A stretch of 64,000 bases of DNA from Eledone cirrhosa (Eukaryota), in NCBI GenBank assembly GCA_964016885.1, contig OZ024742.1:181908001-181972000 (forward strand), read 5' to 3'. Under the pieces are notes generated by a model that worked only from the letters and a program-made list of their open reading frames with translations, searched no databases and was not told where the DNA came from. Positions 41,300-55,978 of this stretch are shown here, one piece after another; the first letter of the stretch is position 1; each line of letters opens with the position of its first letter. The position numbers and the translations under genes are program-made.

Positions 41300-43040
41300 G
41301 TGTGTTACTGTTTCTCATAATTTTCACTTTATTTTAGACTGGCCACATTCCCGGTGGCAGGTTCTAAAGAAAAGAAACTGTTCTAGTCACTTGTGAAAGG
41401 GTTTATCTTTTGAAACGTAAGGAGATTTTTACAGATTTTGAAAGTTCCAGATATCGCGGTCATTTGTAGCTTATGAATTAAGGAACAACGTTCTTTATCC
41501 ACAAATCTAACCTCAGTTATACTTTGGTCCAGGTGTGTTGGTATATAACTTGTAGCTCTAATAATGACAGGTATGGAACTAAACTTGTAAGTTGGATACT
41601 GGATATGCTAACACCTCATCAATGATCCGGATATATCCTCTTTCTCCTGCATCTTTCTTACCACATTGACATGGAGTCCAAAACACCTATATCAGGCCAG
41701 TTGTGCATTAAATTGGTGACAGTTTTATTTCTAGGTTGCACCAGTTTTCAAAATGTTCCTCCTTATTGGATTTGATTTTTGATTTCCGTAATGCATTCCA
41801 AATCGTTCTAGTTATCACATCATGTCGCATGGGGGGCGGGGTTAACGAGAAGACATTCTTTCACAGTTGGCAATAATGTGGTTAACATCTTTTATCTTTT
41901 AACATCAATAATTATTTCTACTTTTGGCACAAGGCCAGCAATTATTTCAGGGTATTACTGGTACTTTTGTTTTATCGAAAGGCAAAGTTAACCTCGGCGG
42001 GATTTGAACTCAGAATGGCAAGGGCTGTAACTCTTTGCTGCAAAGCATGGCGTCCGACTCTCTACCGATACTGCCGATCCACCGCAATGTGGTTAACAAT
42101 CTTTTTCTTACACAGCCTATGTGGAGGTGGTGATGTGTGGTGGTGGTGGAGCAGTAGTAGTAGTAGCAGCAGCAGCAGCAGGAGCAGGGTTTAGACATAA
42201 GGGTTAATGATTTTGACTCCCATCAGTATTTTTGTTAATTCCCTTTCGTCCACAGCTGACGAGAATCAATTTAGTAATGGAATATGGTATCGCTTTAAAC
42301 AAGATAATTATTAGCGAAGAAAAAAAAAAGGCCACAACTTATCATCATCATCATTATGATCATCATCCCCATCATCCCCATCATTGCCACCATCACCACC
42401 ATCATCACTACCACCATCACCACCATCACCACACCATCATCATCACCGTCATCATTATCGTCGTCATTATCACCATCGTCATCATCACCGCCATCATCAT
42501 CATCATCATCATCGTTATCACCATCATTATCATCACCAACATTCCCATCATCATCCCCACCACCACCACCATCCCCATCATCATCCCCCATCACCCCCGT
42601 CCCCATCATCACCACTTGCTGGGAAATTTTGTTCCTAGAATGCAAGGAAATATCCTTCAAGGCGGGATGTTATGAACTTGTCGGGACTCCTTGTCAGGAT
42701 TTTAGTATGGTTCATCTCCTATATGGTTGGTGTTATCGCTTAAAGTACCCATGAACAACATTCTCAGTAAACTGGTCCTCTTTTATATGTTCGTCCATTG
42801 AGTAGAGTCATCCAATGGTCCTATGAGGGAGATTCGTATCCAGTTGTATTTCATGTCTCTCTTCAAGATCAGTGACAAGCCTAAAAATATGAATTTTTCA
42901 AATTTACAAACTTGGGCAAAATGGCGGCTGATCTCTTTCTTCTGTTCAGAATATTACTTCATTGTTATAATCCCGGTTCCGTATAATGTTAACACGAATT
43001 TTAGGCCCTGGTCATCCTTCTTGCGTTAAAGATATAGCCT
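41300..43040 (-). pseudogene. R4/Dong-like non-LTR retrotransposon 3' region, interrupted by a SINE and triplet repeats
   Basis: In order on the minus strand: ITSRLEGYFLAF*EQNFP (~42615-42670), RLCKKK (~42100-42120), DVNHIIANCERMS..RHD (~41820-41890), HNWPDI, YKFSSIPVIIRATSYIP and LIHKLQMTAISGT. This is a CCHC knuckle followed by a restriction-like endonuclease C-terminus. Confidence 0.8.
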
Positions 43041-43200
43041 ATCCACATCACCATTGATATTAAAATTTGCAGTAACAATGAGCATCTAGCATATCCTTAT
43101 ATACATTCTGCTTATTTCTTGCAGTATATATATATATATGTATAAATCTGTGTGTAACTGTGTGTGTGTGTGCATGTGTTACTTGTCTAAGATATAAATA

Positions 43201-43282
<82 letters not shown>

Positions 43283-43410
43283 GAGCTGCGGATTATTGAG
43301 TCGGGTAAGATCGATACAGATCAAACCTTGAGCTGATCAATGGCCAAACGCACGTCACCTACCAATAAATGTAATGAAGGAGTAACCAATCGTCCTTGTT
43401 ATCTTTTCAA

Positions 43411-43539
<129 letters not shown>

Positions 43540-43722
43540 GTATATATATATATATATGTATATAGATATATATATTATATATAGAGTTATAAACTCAAAT
43601 AGTCTTTTACAATTAAATAGCTCAAAGAAGGGAATATTTCTGAGCCGTGTAATACAAATGAATATAGGATAAGGATAAACACTGATACAAATATACATGT
43701 GTTCGCATTGCAAATGACCAAG

Positions 43723-43762
<40 letters not shown>

Positions 43763-44089
43763 ATATATACACGTGTGTGTCTGTGTGTGTCCCTACTTGA
43801 GATTATGTTCATCATTGTAGTTCATACTTAAATGAAAGTAGAAAAGAATATATATATGAGTGTGTGCGCGTGTTTCTTGTCTAAGATAAATAGGGTTACT
43901 TATCCGGACGAAGAGATTTTATGGTCGGTCGTACACACAGTACGATTATATTGTCCTCTCATTCCACTAATAAGTGCATTCGACCGTAAATTTGTATGCA
44001 TGAAACATTTAGATCCGTGTCAATATCCACTTTAACTCTAATACGATACACATACGTAAACTCTACACCAAGCCACACATGAATAAGTT

Positions 44090-44147
<58 letters not shown>

Positions 44148-44249
44148 TATATAGAGAGAGAGAGAAAGAGAGAGGAGCTAGGGAGAAAAAAGAAGAGGAA
44201 AGATGTATGCATAAGTAATTTAATATATATATACATATGTGTGTATGTG

Positions 44250-44403
<154 letters not shown>

Positions 44404-44896
44404 ATAATTGTTTCTACTTTAGGCACAAGGCCAGCAATTATGCAGTGCTTTACTGGTACTTTATTTTATCGACCCCGTAAGGATGAAGGGCAAAGTCAAC
44501 CTCGGCGGGATTTGAACTCAGATCGTAAAGGGACGTAACTATGCTGGAAAGCATGGCGTCCGACCATCTACCGATACTGCCAATCCACCGCCCCTTATAT
44601 ATAGTATAATGATTTCTAGTAAAGGCACAAGACCAGTAATTTGTGGGGAGAGGAAAGTCGATTAAATCGTCCCCTAGTATGTTACTGGTACTTTATTTTA
44701 TCGACCTCGTAAGGATGAAAGGCAAAGTTAACCTTGAACTCAGATCATAAGGGCCGTAACTCTATGCTACAAAGCATGGCGACTGATCCTCTACCGATAC
44801 TGCCAATCCACATGACTAGGTCATGGTTTTGATCTCACCTCCACGTAATATATATATATATATATATAGTAATAATAATACATTTGAAGACTAAAA

Positions 44897-45215
44897 TCAT
44901 CATCATCACCGTCATCATTATCATCACCGTCATCATTATCATCGTCATTATCACCATCATTATCATCACCATCATTCCCACCACCACCACCATCTCCATC
45001 TCCATCATCAATCCCCCATCACCCCCATCCCCATCACCACCACTTGCTGGGAAATTTTGTTCCTGGAAAGCAAGGAAATATCCTTCAAGGCTGGATGTTA
45101 TGAACTTGTCGGGACTCCTTGTCAGGATTTTAGATCCTTATATACATTCTGCTTATTTCTTGCAGTATATATATATGTATAAATGTGTGTGTAAGTGTGT
45201 GTGTGTGCATGTGGT
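44897..45215 (+). repeat. Local duplicate of ~42430-43180 with an internal deletion
   Basis: (cat)n-caccacttgctgggaaattttg...gtcaggattttag is joined directly to atccttatatacattctgcttatttcttgcag. In the first copy these segments are ~390 bp apart. Confidence 0.85.
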
Positions 45216-45409
45216 ATTTTAATAAATATATATATAGGACATTTAAATAAATCTAAGGTAAAAGACTAATTGTCAACAATATCTTTTGCATTTGCATTCT
45301 TTATTCTATGTCCATACCTGCATTGTTTTGGCTTTATTATACATATACAAACGTTTATATATATATATATATATATATTTATTCCTGTACCTTTCCGACG
45401 GAAATACTT

Positions 45410-45610
<201 letters not shown>

Positions 45611-46872
45611 GGGCGGTGGAAGAAAGACAGGAAGATAGTGAAGAAGATATGGTTAGGTTAATAAATAAATTGCTAGGTATTCCGATTTTAGATACGTATA
45701 TAATATACACGCACACTCACAAAACGAAAGAACTAGAGGGAGACCTGTTTTCAATATATATATATGTGTATATATATGTGTGTATATATATGTGTGTATA
45801 TATATGTGTGTGTGTGTATATATATACATATATATGTGTGTTTGTATTTATATATATATATATGCACGTATATATATATATTTATACACACACACAAACA
45901 CACAAACACACACAGACACACGCACATATATATAGAGAGAGAGAGAAAGAGAGAGGGAAAGAGAGATAGAGAGAGAGGGGGGAGAAAGCGAAAGAGCTCA
46001 GATTTATATATATATATATACATACAGAAATTTATGGGGAAACTCAAGGAAAACTCAATTTGATCGACCGTGGCTTTTAAAATATTGTAGTAAATGCGAT
46101 CATCTGTGTTGGTTTTAGCAGGGTGGGTGCTAACTTGAAAGTAGCCAGGTGACCCACAATATTTAATGGGTCCCAATTTAATTTTGTTCCTAGGGCACGC
46201 TATGTCCCTCATAAATGGTTCAGCCTAAGGTCGAATGCAAGCTTAATCCACCCCTTGTATCAATCTCAAATAGTAATTTAGCGTGGCTGGTTTGAAGGCT
46301 TGAGAGAAGATCATTTCAAAGAAAGTAAAAAAATTTTTTTAAAAACCACATTAATATGTTTCTGTCTGGGGATATGTATATGTGTATGTATCATAAATAT
46401 ACAGACCACGACCAGCGCTACTACAATGAAATATGTTGTTCAACTCCAGGCTCAATTCCGCCAAAAAATTCACAGTGGAAGAGAAAAGCCATTTCCACAT
46501 GCGGGGCTCACATATGCGAGTGGCCAACTCCGTCCAGATAGCAGCGAGTAGCAGGTGGTTCAGGGCCCAAGAACACTAGAACCCCCCCCCCCCCCCATAC
46601 ACACACATTATTTTAGGACAAACCTATTAGAAATCGCACGATACTTCAACAGCTTGCGATCTGTTGCCGAAAACATTAGGTTGCAACCCAAATGCTTAGC
46701 ATTTAATCACACATAAAACACACACACACATACACACACGCACACACAACCACGCACACACATATATATATGTATATATACATGTCACAACCCAAATGCT
46801 TAGCACAACCGAGGGGAAACATGGTGTCGTCACCTGGTCTTCTGTCACCGTGATCAATCACCACAGGTTGAG

Positions 46873-46916
<44 letters not shown>

Positions 46917-47208
46917 TTATATATATATATCAGAGCTTACATTACAGTTTTGAGATTGGGGGGGGGGGGGGGGGCTAAAGCCCCCAAAGCCCCTTAGCAG
47001 CGAAAAGCTATATATATATGTATATATATAGGGGAGGGTCATATTTGTGTAATAGTATTGCCAGAATTAATAACAGAACACACTCACTGTTTTCGCTTAT
47101 GTGTCTTTTATATCGGTTAATTAAATTTATTCGGTCCTCAATGTTGCCATTGATTGACCAACGGTCAAAAATACAGATACAATATAGACACAAACACATA
47201 TATATATA

Positions 47209-47251
<43 letters not shown>

Positions 47252-47452
47252 GAGAGAGAGAGAGAGAGACACACTTACATATGTATAAATACTTAGAAAG
47301 AAATTTGACAGGAGGTATGTAGTGTAAACAATAATATAGTAACTTAGTATCCTATAGATGAAGTGTCCGTTCATCGTCAGTAGCCTTGTTCTTTTACTTT
47401 TACAAATTGGCTCTCATACTTAATGTCTTTTGTCATTATATACACCCCCCCC

Positions 47453-47502
<50 letters not shown>

Positions 47503-47658
47503 AAAATGTATGACCCCGACGGACCAGAAATAGCCGTCGAAACGGCTTGAGCTCTGCCGTCGGGGTCATACTTTTTCCTATTACCCATTCTACTACACTA
47601 CGTATTGAGTACTTTGGTGCGTTATGGTCCATCTGGTTCCTTACCACAATTCCTTCGT

Positions 47659-47736
<78 letters not shown>

Positions 47737-47866
47737 GTATATATTTATATAGTAATAATTGTTTCTACTTTTGGCACAAGGCCAGCAATTACCCAGTACA
47801 TTACTGGTACTTTATTTTATCGACCCCGTAAGGATGAAAGGCAAAGTTAACCTCGGCGGGATTATT

Positions 47867-47903
<37 letters not shown>

Positions 47904-48028
47904 GTGAAAACTAAAATCCGTAGAGGGCTCTATAAGGATAGTTTCAGGAGATCCCGTTAAGGGTGAAAGCAGTGATTCTTTGCTTAAACTTTAATCTGTT
48001 ATTGTGTTGTTATTTATGTTTACCTTTT

Positions 48029-48059
<31 letters not shown>

Positions 48060-48155
48060 TATATATATATATAAATATATATATTTATATATATATATAT
48101 AAAATATATATACATATATATATATATGTGTGTGTCTGTATGTCTGTGTATATGC

Positions 48156-48209
<54 letters not shown>

Positions 48210-48249
48210 CTGTATGTCTCGGTATATGTATGTAAGTATCTATGAATGA

Positions 48250-48302
<53 letters not shown>

Positions 48303-48627
48303 TATAGAGTAAAATGTCGTTACGTTAATTAGCGAAATGGAGCCACATTTATAATAAAGTACCCAATATATCAGTTACAGATGATACTGTACTTTATTTC
48401 ATTGAGACCTATTTTTACAGGACCTGTTCCGTATAATCACCGAATGAAACTGGACAACGTATGTAAAAATCTCAACTACATAAAACATTTCCCCCATATA
48501 CATTGGTGCTATTAAGTTAGACATGGTCTGGGCCAATACTAGTCGAAACCTAGCACAGTTTTCAAAGTTTATATATATTGAAAAACGACCGAAGATTTCT
48601 CTGTCCTATCCGATATCTTCGTTTCAG

Positions 48628-48706
<79 letters not shown>

Positions 48707-48738
48707 TAGATATACATGTATATATAAATATATATATG

Positions 48739-48774
<36 letters not shown>

Positions 48775-48869
48775 CATATATATGGTAATAATAAATGTGA
48801 AGACTAAAATCCGAAGATCCCGTTAAGGGTGAAAGCAGCGGCTCTTTGCTTAAACTTTAATCTGTTCTT

Positions 48870-48908
<39 letters not shown>

Positions 48909-48934
<26 letters not shown>

Positions 48935-49247
48935 GTGACTTTTTTTTTACAAAATGAAAAATAACCGAGGTGTCCTACACGAGTGAAAGTATAAGGAAAA
49001 AGGATGATATCGAAAATGCAACTGGAGTCTTTTAAAAAAAATATATATATATTTATTCGTTTCCTTTACCGGTTTCGCAGTTCTTCAGCTTTTCAAAAGT
49101 AGAGTTGAAATGGAAAACAACCACATACCCTCAATCTCAACTCTACTTTTGAAAAGCAGAAGAACTGCGAAACCGGTAAAGGAACCAAATAAATATATAT
49201 ATTTAAAAAAAAAGACTCCAGTTGCATTTTCGATTTCATCTTTTTTC

Positions 49248-49252
<5 letters not shown>
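48909..49252 (-). mobile_element. Penelope-like fold-back element, family F
   Basis: Arms ~48990-49108 and ~49135-49252, unpaired tail 48909-48990, flanked by (TA)n. Confidence 0.7.
49146..49181 (+). ncRNA. Minimal hammerhead-like fold with U3/A8 core (UUGAAAA)
   Basis: CUU-UUGAAAA-GCAG aagaa CUGC-GAAAC-CG-GUA-AAG, with palindromic ACCGGU at stem III. Confidence 0.6.
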
Positions 49253-49282
<30 letters not shown>

Positions 49283-49369
49283 TACATACATCCATATATA
49301 TACATACATACATCTCTCTGTCTCTCTCTATATATCTATTAACTACACACATATATATATATTCAAAAG

Positions 49370-49660
49370 ACATTTTCAATAATACAGAAGACATCTAGTG
49401 AAACATTAGTTAATAAAACATATCTAGTTATATAAAATTATATAAAATTAGAAAATTATTATGGAAGATCTATTAATTGCAAAATGCAATTCCACATTAA
49501 GACCCAGTTAAAAGAAATGTGTTTAACATAGATTTAGGAGTTAAACATATTTTAATCTGGTTATCCAGTAATAACGATTTTATAAAGTTAAAACGTCATT
49601 TCTAAGATAACTATTTATTGCTAAACGCGACAAAAATGTTCGATTGGTATTTTTATATGC
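49370..49660 (+). pseudogene. Possible degraded Penelope-type GIY-YIG endonuclease C-terminus
   Basis: Frameshifted pieces NKTYL, LLWKI, KCNS, KHILI and VISKITIYC*TRQK loosely follow the PLE endonuclease end (W.I...C..C..E..I...LN..SE...CRH). Weak and judged by eye only. Confidence 0.35.
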
Positions 49661-49887
49661 AGAAGAGGGGGCCGAGAAGTTTTTGAAATTATAATGAATT
49701 TACAACCAAAACCTGTGTTGTTATGAAGATAACGTTTTTAGGAGAACAAGTGTTTCTTATATATGCAAACACTCGCGTATAACACACACACACACACACA
49801 CACACACATATGCACACCCACACATGCACACACACACACAGAGACACACACAGAGAGAGGCACACACACATACACACAGACACACAC

Positions 49888-49988
<101 letters not shown>

Positions 49989-50077
49989 CACACATATATA
50001 TAAGGTGATTCAGTAGATTTGTTGTTTACTGAGTAAAGTGCCAATATTAGTACTCTATGCTATAACAGTATAGCAGA

Positions 50078-50120
<43 letters not shown>

Positions 50121-50123
<3 letters not shown>

Positions 50124-50556
50124 TACTTCAAAATATTAATAAATATAGACATTCATGTGATAAAATATATTTTATTATACATATTTCAGAGGTACTGAGC
50201 TATTTCAACAATACGTCCTCATCAGATAAAATAAGTTGATGCCTGACATACCTTGACTATGTTTATGGTTATAATTTAGTCATGCCATGACTAAATTATA
50301 ACAATGACTAAATTATAACCATCAACATAGTCAAGGTATGTCAGGCATTAACTTATTTTATCTGATGAGGACGTACTGTTGAAATAGCTCAGTACCCCTG
50401 AAATATGTATAATAAAATATATTTGATCACATGAATGTCTATATTTATTAATATTTTGAAGTAATATTAATAACTCCAGAAAACCTAACTGTAGAGTGCT
50501 TCTAATCTATTGTGAAACTTTATTCATTGATGATTTCATTGAACCTTGTTAAACTT
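50121..50556 (+). mobile_element. Penelope-like fold-back element (relative of family B): ~165-bp arms plus tail
   Basis: tattacttcaaaatatt...tttagtcat mirrored by atgactaaa...aatattttgaagtaata; tail 50467-50556; flanked by (TA)n. Confidence 0.8.
50354..50419 (+). ncRNA. Type I hammerhead ribozyme (complete fold)
   Basis: Stem I UAUUUUAU/AUAAAAUA; CUGAUGA 50362-50368; stem II includes GUACUG/CAGUAC; GAAA 50400-50403; U-AUGU-A-U-A with predicted cut after 50411. Confidence 0.8.
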
Positions 50557-50828
50557 TTAATTATTTATATATATATATATATACATGTACATATATATGT
50601 ATATGTATGTATGTATATATATATATGTATGTATATATATATATATATTATATATATATATATATATTATATATAATTTAGGCCTTGAAAGTTTGGGTAG
50701 TGCTTTTGTTCCGTGTATGAACAAAAAATAATTACTTCTCCTCTCTTCCCGATTGAGTACTATATTTTCCTTTCTCCTTTTCACACCTACTGATATTGCT
50801 ACATATACATATATATATATATGTATAA

Positions 50829-50901
<73 letters not shown>

Positions 50902-50973
50902 CACACACACACACGCATGTATATATATATACACATATATATATATACACATGTATATGTATATATACATATT

Positions 50974-51026
<53 letters not shown>

Positions 51027-51187
51027 TTAAATAACATAAGAACAGTCAAACATGAAGTGAATGGCTATTCTGTACATAGATGTAGATAAAGGATTTAAAA
51101 AGAAAGCTTCTGCTGTACCAAGGCTCGTTTTATATTTGTATATATATATATATATATATATATATACAAATATAAAAAAACCCTTTT

Positions 51188-51221
<34 letters not shown>

Positions 51222-51329
51222 AGGAACCAGTAAGATCCCGACAGCTGAGCTCAAGCCGTTTCGACGGCTAATTCCACCTGGTTCCTTACCACATTTCCTT
51301 CGTTATATATATATATATATATATATATA

Positions 51330-51929
51330 TTAGCAGTGGTACTCGGCGTTGCATGGGATAAGGTATTTTGGAACGCGGTCCGCCAACAGAACTAAACGTG
51401 GAAAAACTTCATGCCAGGGCAATATGTAAAGAAAATAAACCTAATACTCTGATGGCTGCAAAATCTTTAAGATTTTCCTCGACGAAGCAGGAAAAATGCA
51501 GGTTTTTACCTAATGCGGGCCGGGCCGTAGGGGATCAAGAAAAATAATTCTTTTTATGTGCATAATATGCCTTGAAATTTCGGGAAAATCGGCTAGATGT
51601 TACGCCTCATAAAAGCCCTAAAAGGCTAAAACAATGAAGCTTTTCACCTAATGCAGGCCCTAGGCAATAACAAGTTTAGATTTTCTTTGCTCACTGTATG
51701 AAGAAGAGACTGACTAATACAAAGTTACAATTTCAAGGAAATCAGTCTCACATAACGCCTCAAATAACCCCTAAAAAGCTGAAAACAAAACCTAATGCGG
51801 ACCCAAGGGGATCAAAAAGTTGAATTTTTTAATGTGCACAACACTCCCCGAAACATAAGTAATACACGTGTAAAGTTTGAAAAAAAATCGGTTGGGTACT
51901 TCTCGAGTTTTAGGGATTCAAACTCACAG

Positions 51930-51967
<38 letters not shown>

Positions 51968-51988
51968 CCTCAGTTTTATATATATAGA
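51330..51988 (-). mobile_element. Non-autonomous Helitron
   Basis: Minus strand starts TCtatatatataaaactgaggatgtttgtctgtg and ends cccatgcaacgccgagtaccactgCTAA. Internal ~130-bp imperfect repeats (cctaatgc..., acgcctca..ccctaaaa). Confidence 0.75.
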
Positions 51989-51992
51989 TATC

Positions 51993-52048
<56 letters not shown>

Positions 52049-52051
<3 letters not shown>

Positions 52052-52254
52052 AGGGCTAGATCGATACAGATCGAACCTTAAGCTGATCAATAGCGAAACG
52101 CGCGTCATTACTCAATAAACTTAATGGAGATATAACATAGCGTCCTTTTTATTATTATTACTCTCTACTTTTTTCTACACCTCTATACCTACTGGAAACT
52201 ACGCATCGAGTGCTCACTCTGGTGAACCTACAATAACTGGAGTTACATTCCCTT
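52049..52254 (+). mobile_element. Penelope-like terminal repeat, family H (hammerhead 3' part)
   Basis: GCUA..GAUC...GAUC..UAGC-GAAAC-GCGC-GUC, truncated just before the core; tail contains catcgagtgctcac. Relatives at 24382-24613 and 43280-43410. Confidence 0.7.
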
Positions 52255-52942
52255 TATATATATGTAGTGAAGGCGTGTAGCTGAGTGGTTAGAGAACTGA
52301 ATTTGCAATTGTGAGGGTGTGAGTTCGATTCCCGGGACCGGGCGATGCGTTATGTCCTTGATGAAGACACTTTATTTCACCTTGCTCCATCTACCTGGAG
52401 CTACCGATAGATAGATAGTATTAGCAATTGGAAAGACCAACGGAAACATTGTTTCCTCGGTCCGATTTGACGAAAGTCGATGTCGATATATATATATATA
52501 TTTATATATATATATATAGTAATAATAATAAATTTGAAGACTAAAATCCAAAGAGGGCTCGTCACCAGTTGAACTTCTGTTTTAATCAGTATTGACCTCG
52601 CTCTGTCTATCCTAATAGCATTACCTTGTAATGTGTTATTTTGGAAAACTGTAGCAAACACAATTTGGGATTTTCTGTTGATATAGTCATGCCCCAGTAT
52701 CGGTGTTATATCTGATACTCCATCGACAAATTTTGTAAATTCTATTTCCCAGTTATAGAATATATTTCATCCATGATTTGTGTTGAAATGCTGTAGTGTA
52801 GACCTCAACAGGTTGAGTTTTAAACGTTCTGTCGCAATGTGATTAGGACTTGTTGAATTGAAATGTTTAAACTTAATGTGTTTAGGGCCGGTTGAAGAAA
52901 AACCTTTGAGTCGCATATGTTTAGGGCGGGCCCCGACTCTTT

Positions 52943-53149
<207 letters not shown>

Positions 53150-53562
53150 GAAGAATAAAAATTCAGGTCTTAAGAGATTTTTGTTTTTCTTGATTAACAA
53201 GTCTGACTAACAGATTAGGTAGGAGTCGGCTCTATAATATTAACATTGATTCTGAGCCACCTGTCTGTGAAACGGGCGTAACTGTGCATAATCAATAACG
53301 ACCTCAATATCAAACTTCATTTCGTTCTTAATATAATATATAGAGTGCTCATTTTGGTAGCGTCCACAGTAAACCACGAATCTACTGAACTATATATATA
53401 TATATATATATATACTATTGAGCGGCTCTGTAGATTCCTGGTTTAATGAGGCCGGTTTGAAAATTTTAGCATCAAGAAATATATTATCACAGATTTAAGT
53501 AGTGTTAATTGATCATTTCGCACTTTAGTTTATATATATATTTGTTTATATATATATTTGCC

Positions 53563-53630
<68 letters not shown>

Positions 53631-53732
53631 TGGGCAGTAGTACTGTATATTGGCAGTAGGATTATATATGAAAGAATATAGTATATGTTCATAGAAAAGA
53701 AAGATAATTTTTATCAGGAAAATATTATTTTT

Positions 53733-53786
<54 letters not shown>

Positions 53787-53979
53787 ATATGAAAAAGTAT
53801 GACCCCGACGGCAGAGCTCAAGCCATTTCGACGGCTATTTCTGTCCAGAAATAGCCGTCGAAACGGCTTGAGTTCTGCCGTCGGGGTCATACTTTTCCCT
53901 ATTTCCCACTCTACTACCCTAAGTATTGAGTACTCTGGTGCGTTATGGTCCATCTGGTTCCTTACCACAATTCCTTTGT

Positions 53980-54010
<31 letters not shown>

Positions 54011-54445
54011 ATAATAATAAATTTCAAGACTAAAATCCAAAGAGGGCTCGATAAGGATAAATATATATCAAATATATAAGAACGTTAGAGCAAATATTTA
54101 TTAAAATAACAGATTAAAGTTTAAGCAAAGAAATCGCTGATTAAAGTTTAAGCAAAGAAATCGCTGCTTTCACCCTTAACGGGATTCTTTGCTTAAACTT
54201 TAATCTGTTATTTTAATATATATATATATATGAGTCTCGGTTTCAATCTCAGGTGTAATCACAGTTAGTAAGGTACTCAATACATCAGTGGAGTGTAAAT
54301 GTAGTTTAATATAGAAAAGGATTCTACAAGATTAGATGTTTCATACAAAAGATATGATCAGGCTTTCCTGATGATTTCTTTTAAATAAAACAGTACTAGT
54401 TCTGTAGAAGCCATTCCTCTCACCTCTCTCTTCCCCCCTCTCTAT

Positions 54446-54577
<132 letters not shown>

Positions 54578-54644
54578 GTATATGTATATATACATATATA
54601 TATAATTATATATATATATATAGTTATATATATATATATATATA

Positions 54645-54675
<31 letters not shown>

Positions 54676-54683
54676 TATACGTG

Positions 54684-54721
<38 letters not shown>

Positions 54722-54850
54722 AGTCTCGAGTTCAATTGAGGGCAACCACAGTAAGCAAGGTAATTAATACATTATATATATCTATCTATTTATAATGTAT
54801 ATATACACACGCACACACACACACATATGTATATATACACACATACATAT

Positions 54851-54918
<68 letters not shown>

Positions 54919-54924
54919 ATTATT

Positions 54925-55202
54925 ATTAGAAATGTAAGCTATCGCCGTATTTTGACTAAAGAAATTAAAGAAATTATTTAGCCTGATGGTGGGGTTAAGA
55001 ATGGGATCACAGTGGTCCGGATAACCAAAGATGTGGGTTCGACTCCCATGTACGTCAATACTCATCTTTTTCCATTTCTCCGAGGGTTCTTAACCCCACC
55101 ATCAGGCTAAATAATTTCTTCAATTTCTTTAGTCAAAATACGGCGATAGCTTACATTTCTAATAATTTCAAACCCACTCGGTGTTTCGAAAATATTCTTA
55201 CT
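54925..55202. mobile_element. Fold-back element with ~76-bp arms, tRNA-like spacer and tail
   Basis: attagaaatgtaagc...ggggttaagaa mirrored by ttcttaacccc...gcttacatttctaat; spacer contains GGTTCGACTCC; tail 55165-55202. Confidence 0.7.
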
Positions 55203-55388
55203 ATATATATATATATATATATATAAACAGGATATATATATATATATATATATATAAATATATATTCACATATATATATTCATATATATGTTTGTATATA
55301 TATATATGTATTTAGTGTATATATACGTATATATACGTGTATATACGTATATATACGTGTATATATACGTATGTGTGTATGCATATAG

Positions 55389-55421
<33 letters not shown>

Positions 55422-55614
55422 TTATGTATATATATAGTTTTAATATCGATGAGATTCTACAGGACTAGAACTGTTTCATTCTTTAGAAATCATCAGGAAT
55501 GAAACAGTTCTAGTCCTGTAGAATCTCATCTATATTAAAACTTTTATACTCTGCTATGTATTGAATACCTTACTTACTGTGGTTACCTCCGATTCAACCC
55601 GGAATAACTTACCT

Positions 55615-55766
<152 letters not shown>

Positions 55767-55978
55767 CAGCATGGAAGTATCATTTTAGCCATTGAAAATA
55801 TCAAAAGAACTGTTAACTCCACTTTATAATTAGAATTTATCGGGTGTATATATATATATATTTTACATATATATTGTACACACACACACACACACACACA
55901 TACACACACACACGTGTGTATATATATATATATAAAAATGCATATACACTTCAACACCATTCTAATAAATATTGCCTG

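Noticed and set aside
52268-52340. tRNA gene candidate (A and B boxes)
   Set aside because: It continues into the SINE family 2 body and lacks a proper acceptor stem, so it is treated as a SINE head. The same applies to the other tRNA-like heads.
52560-52900. Possible further RT remnant (KFVDG on the minus strand)
   Set aside because: A single short motif is too little to support a call without a search.
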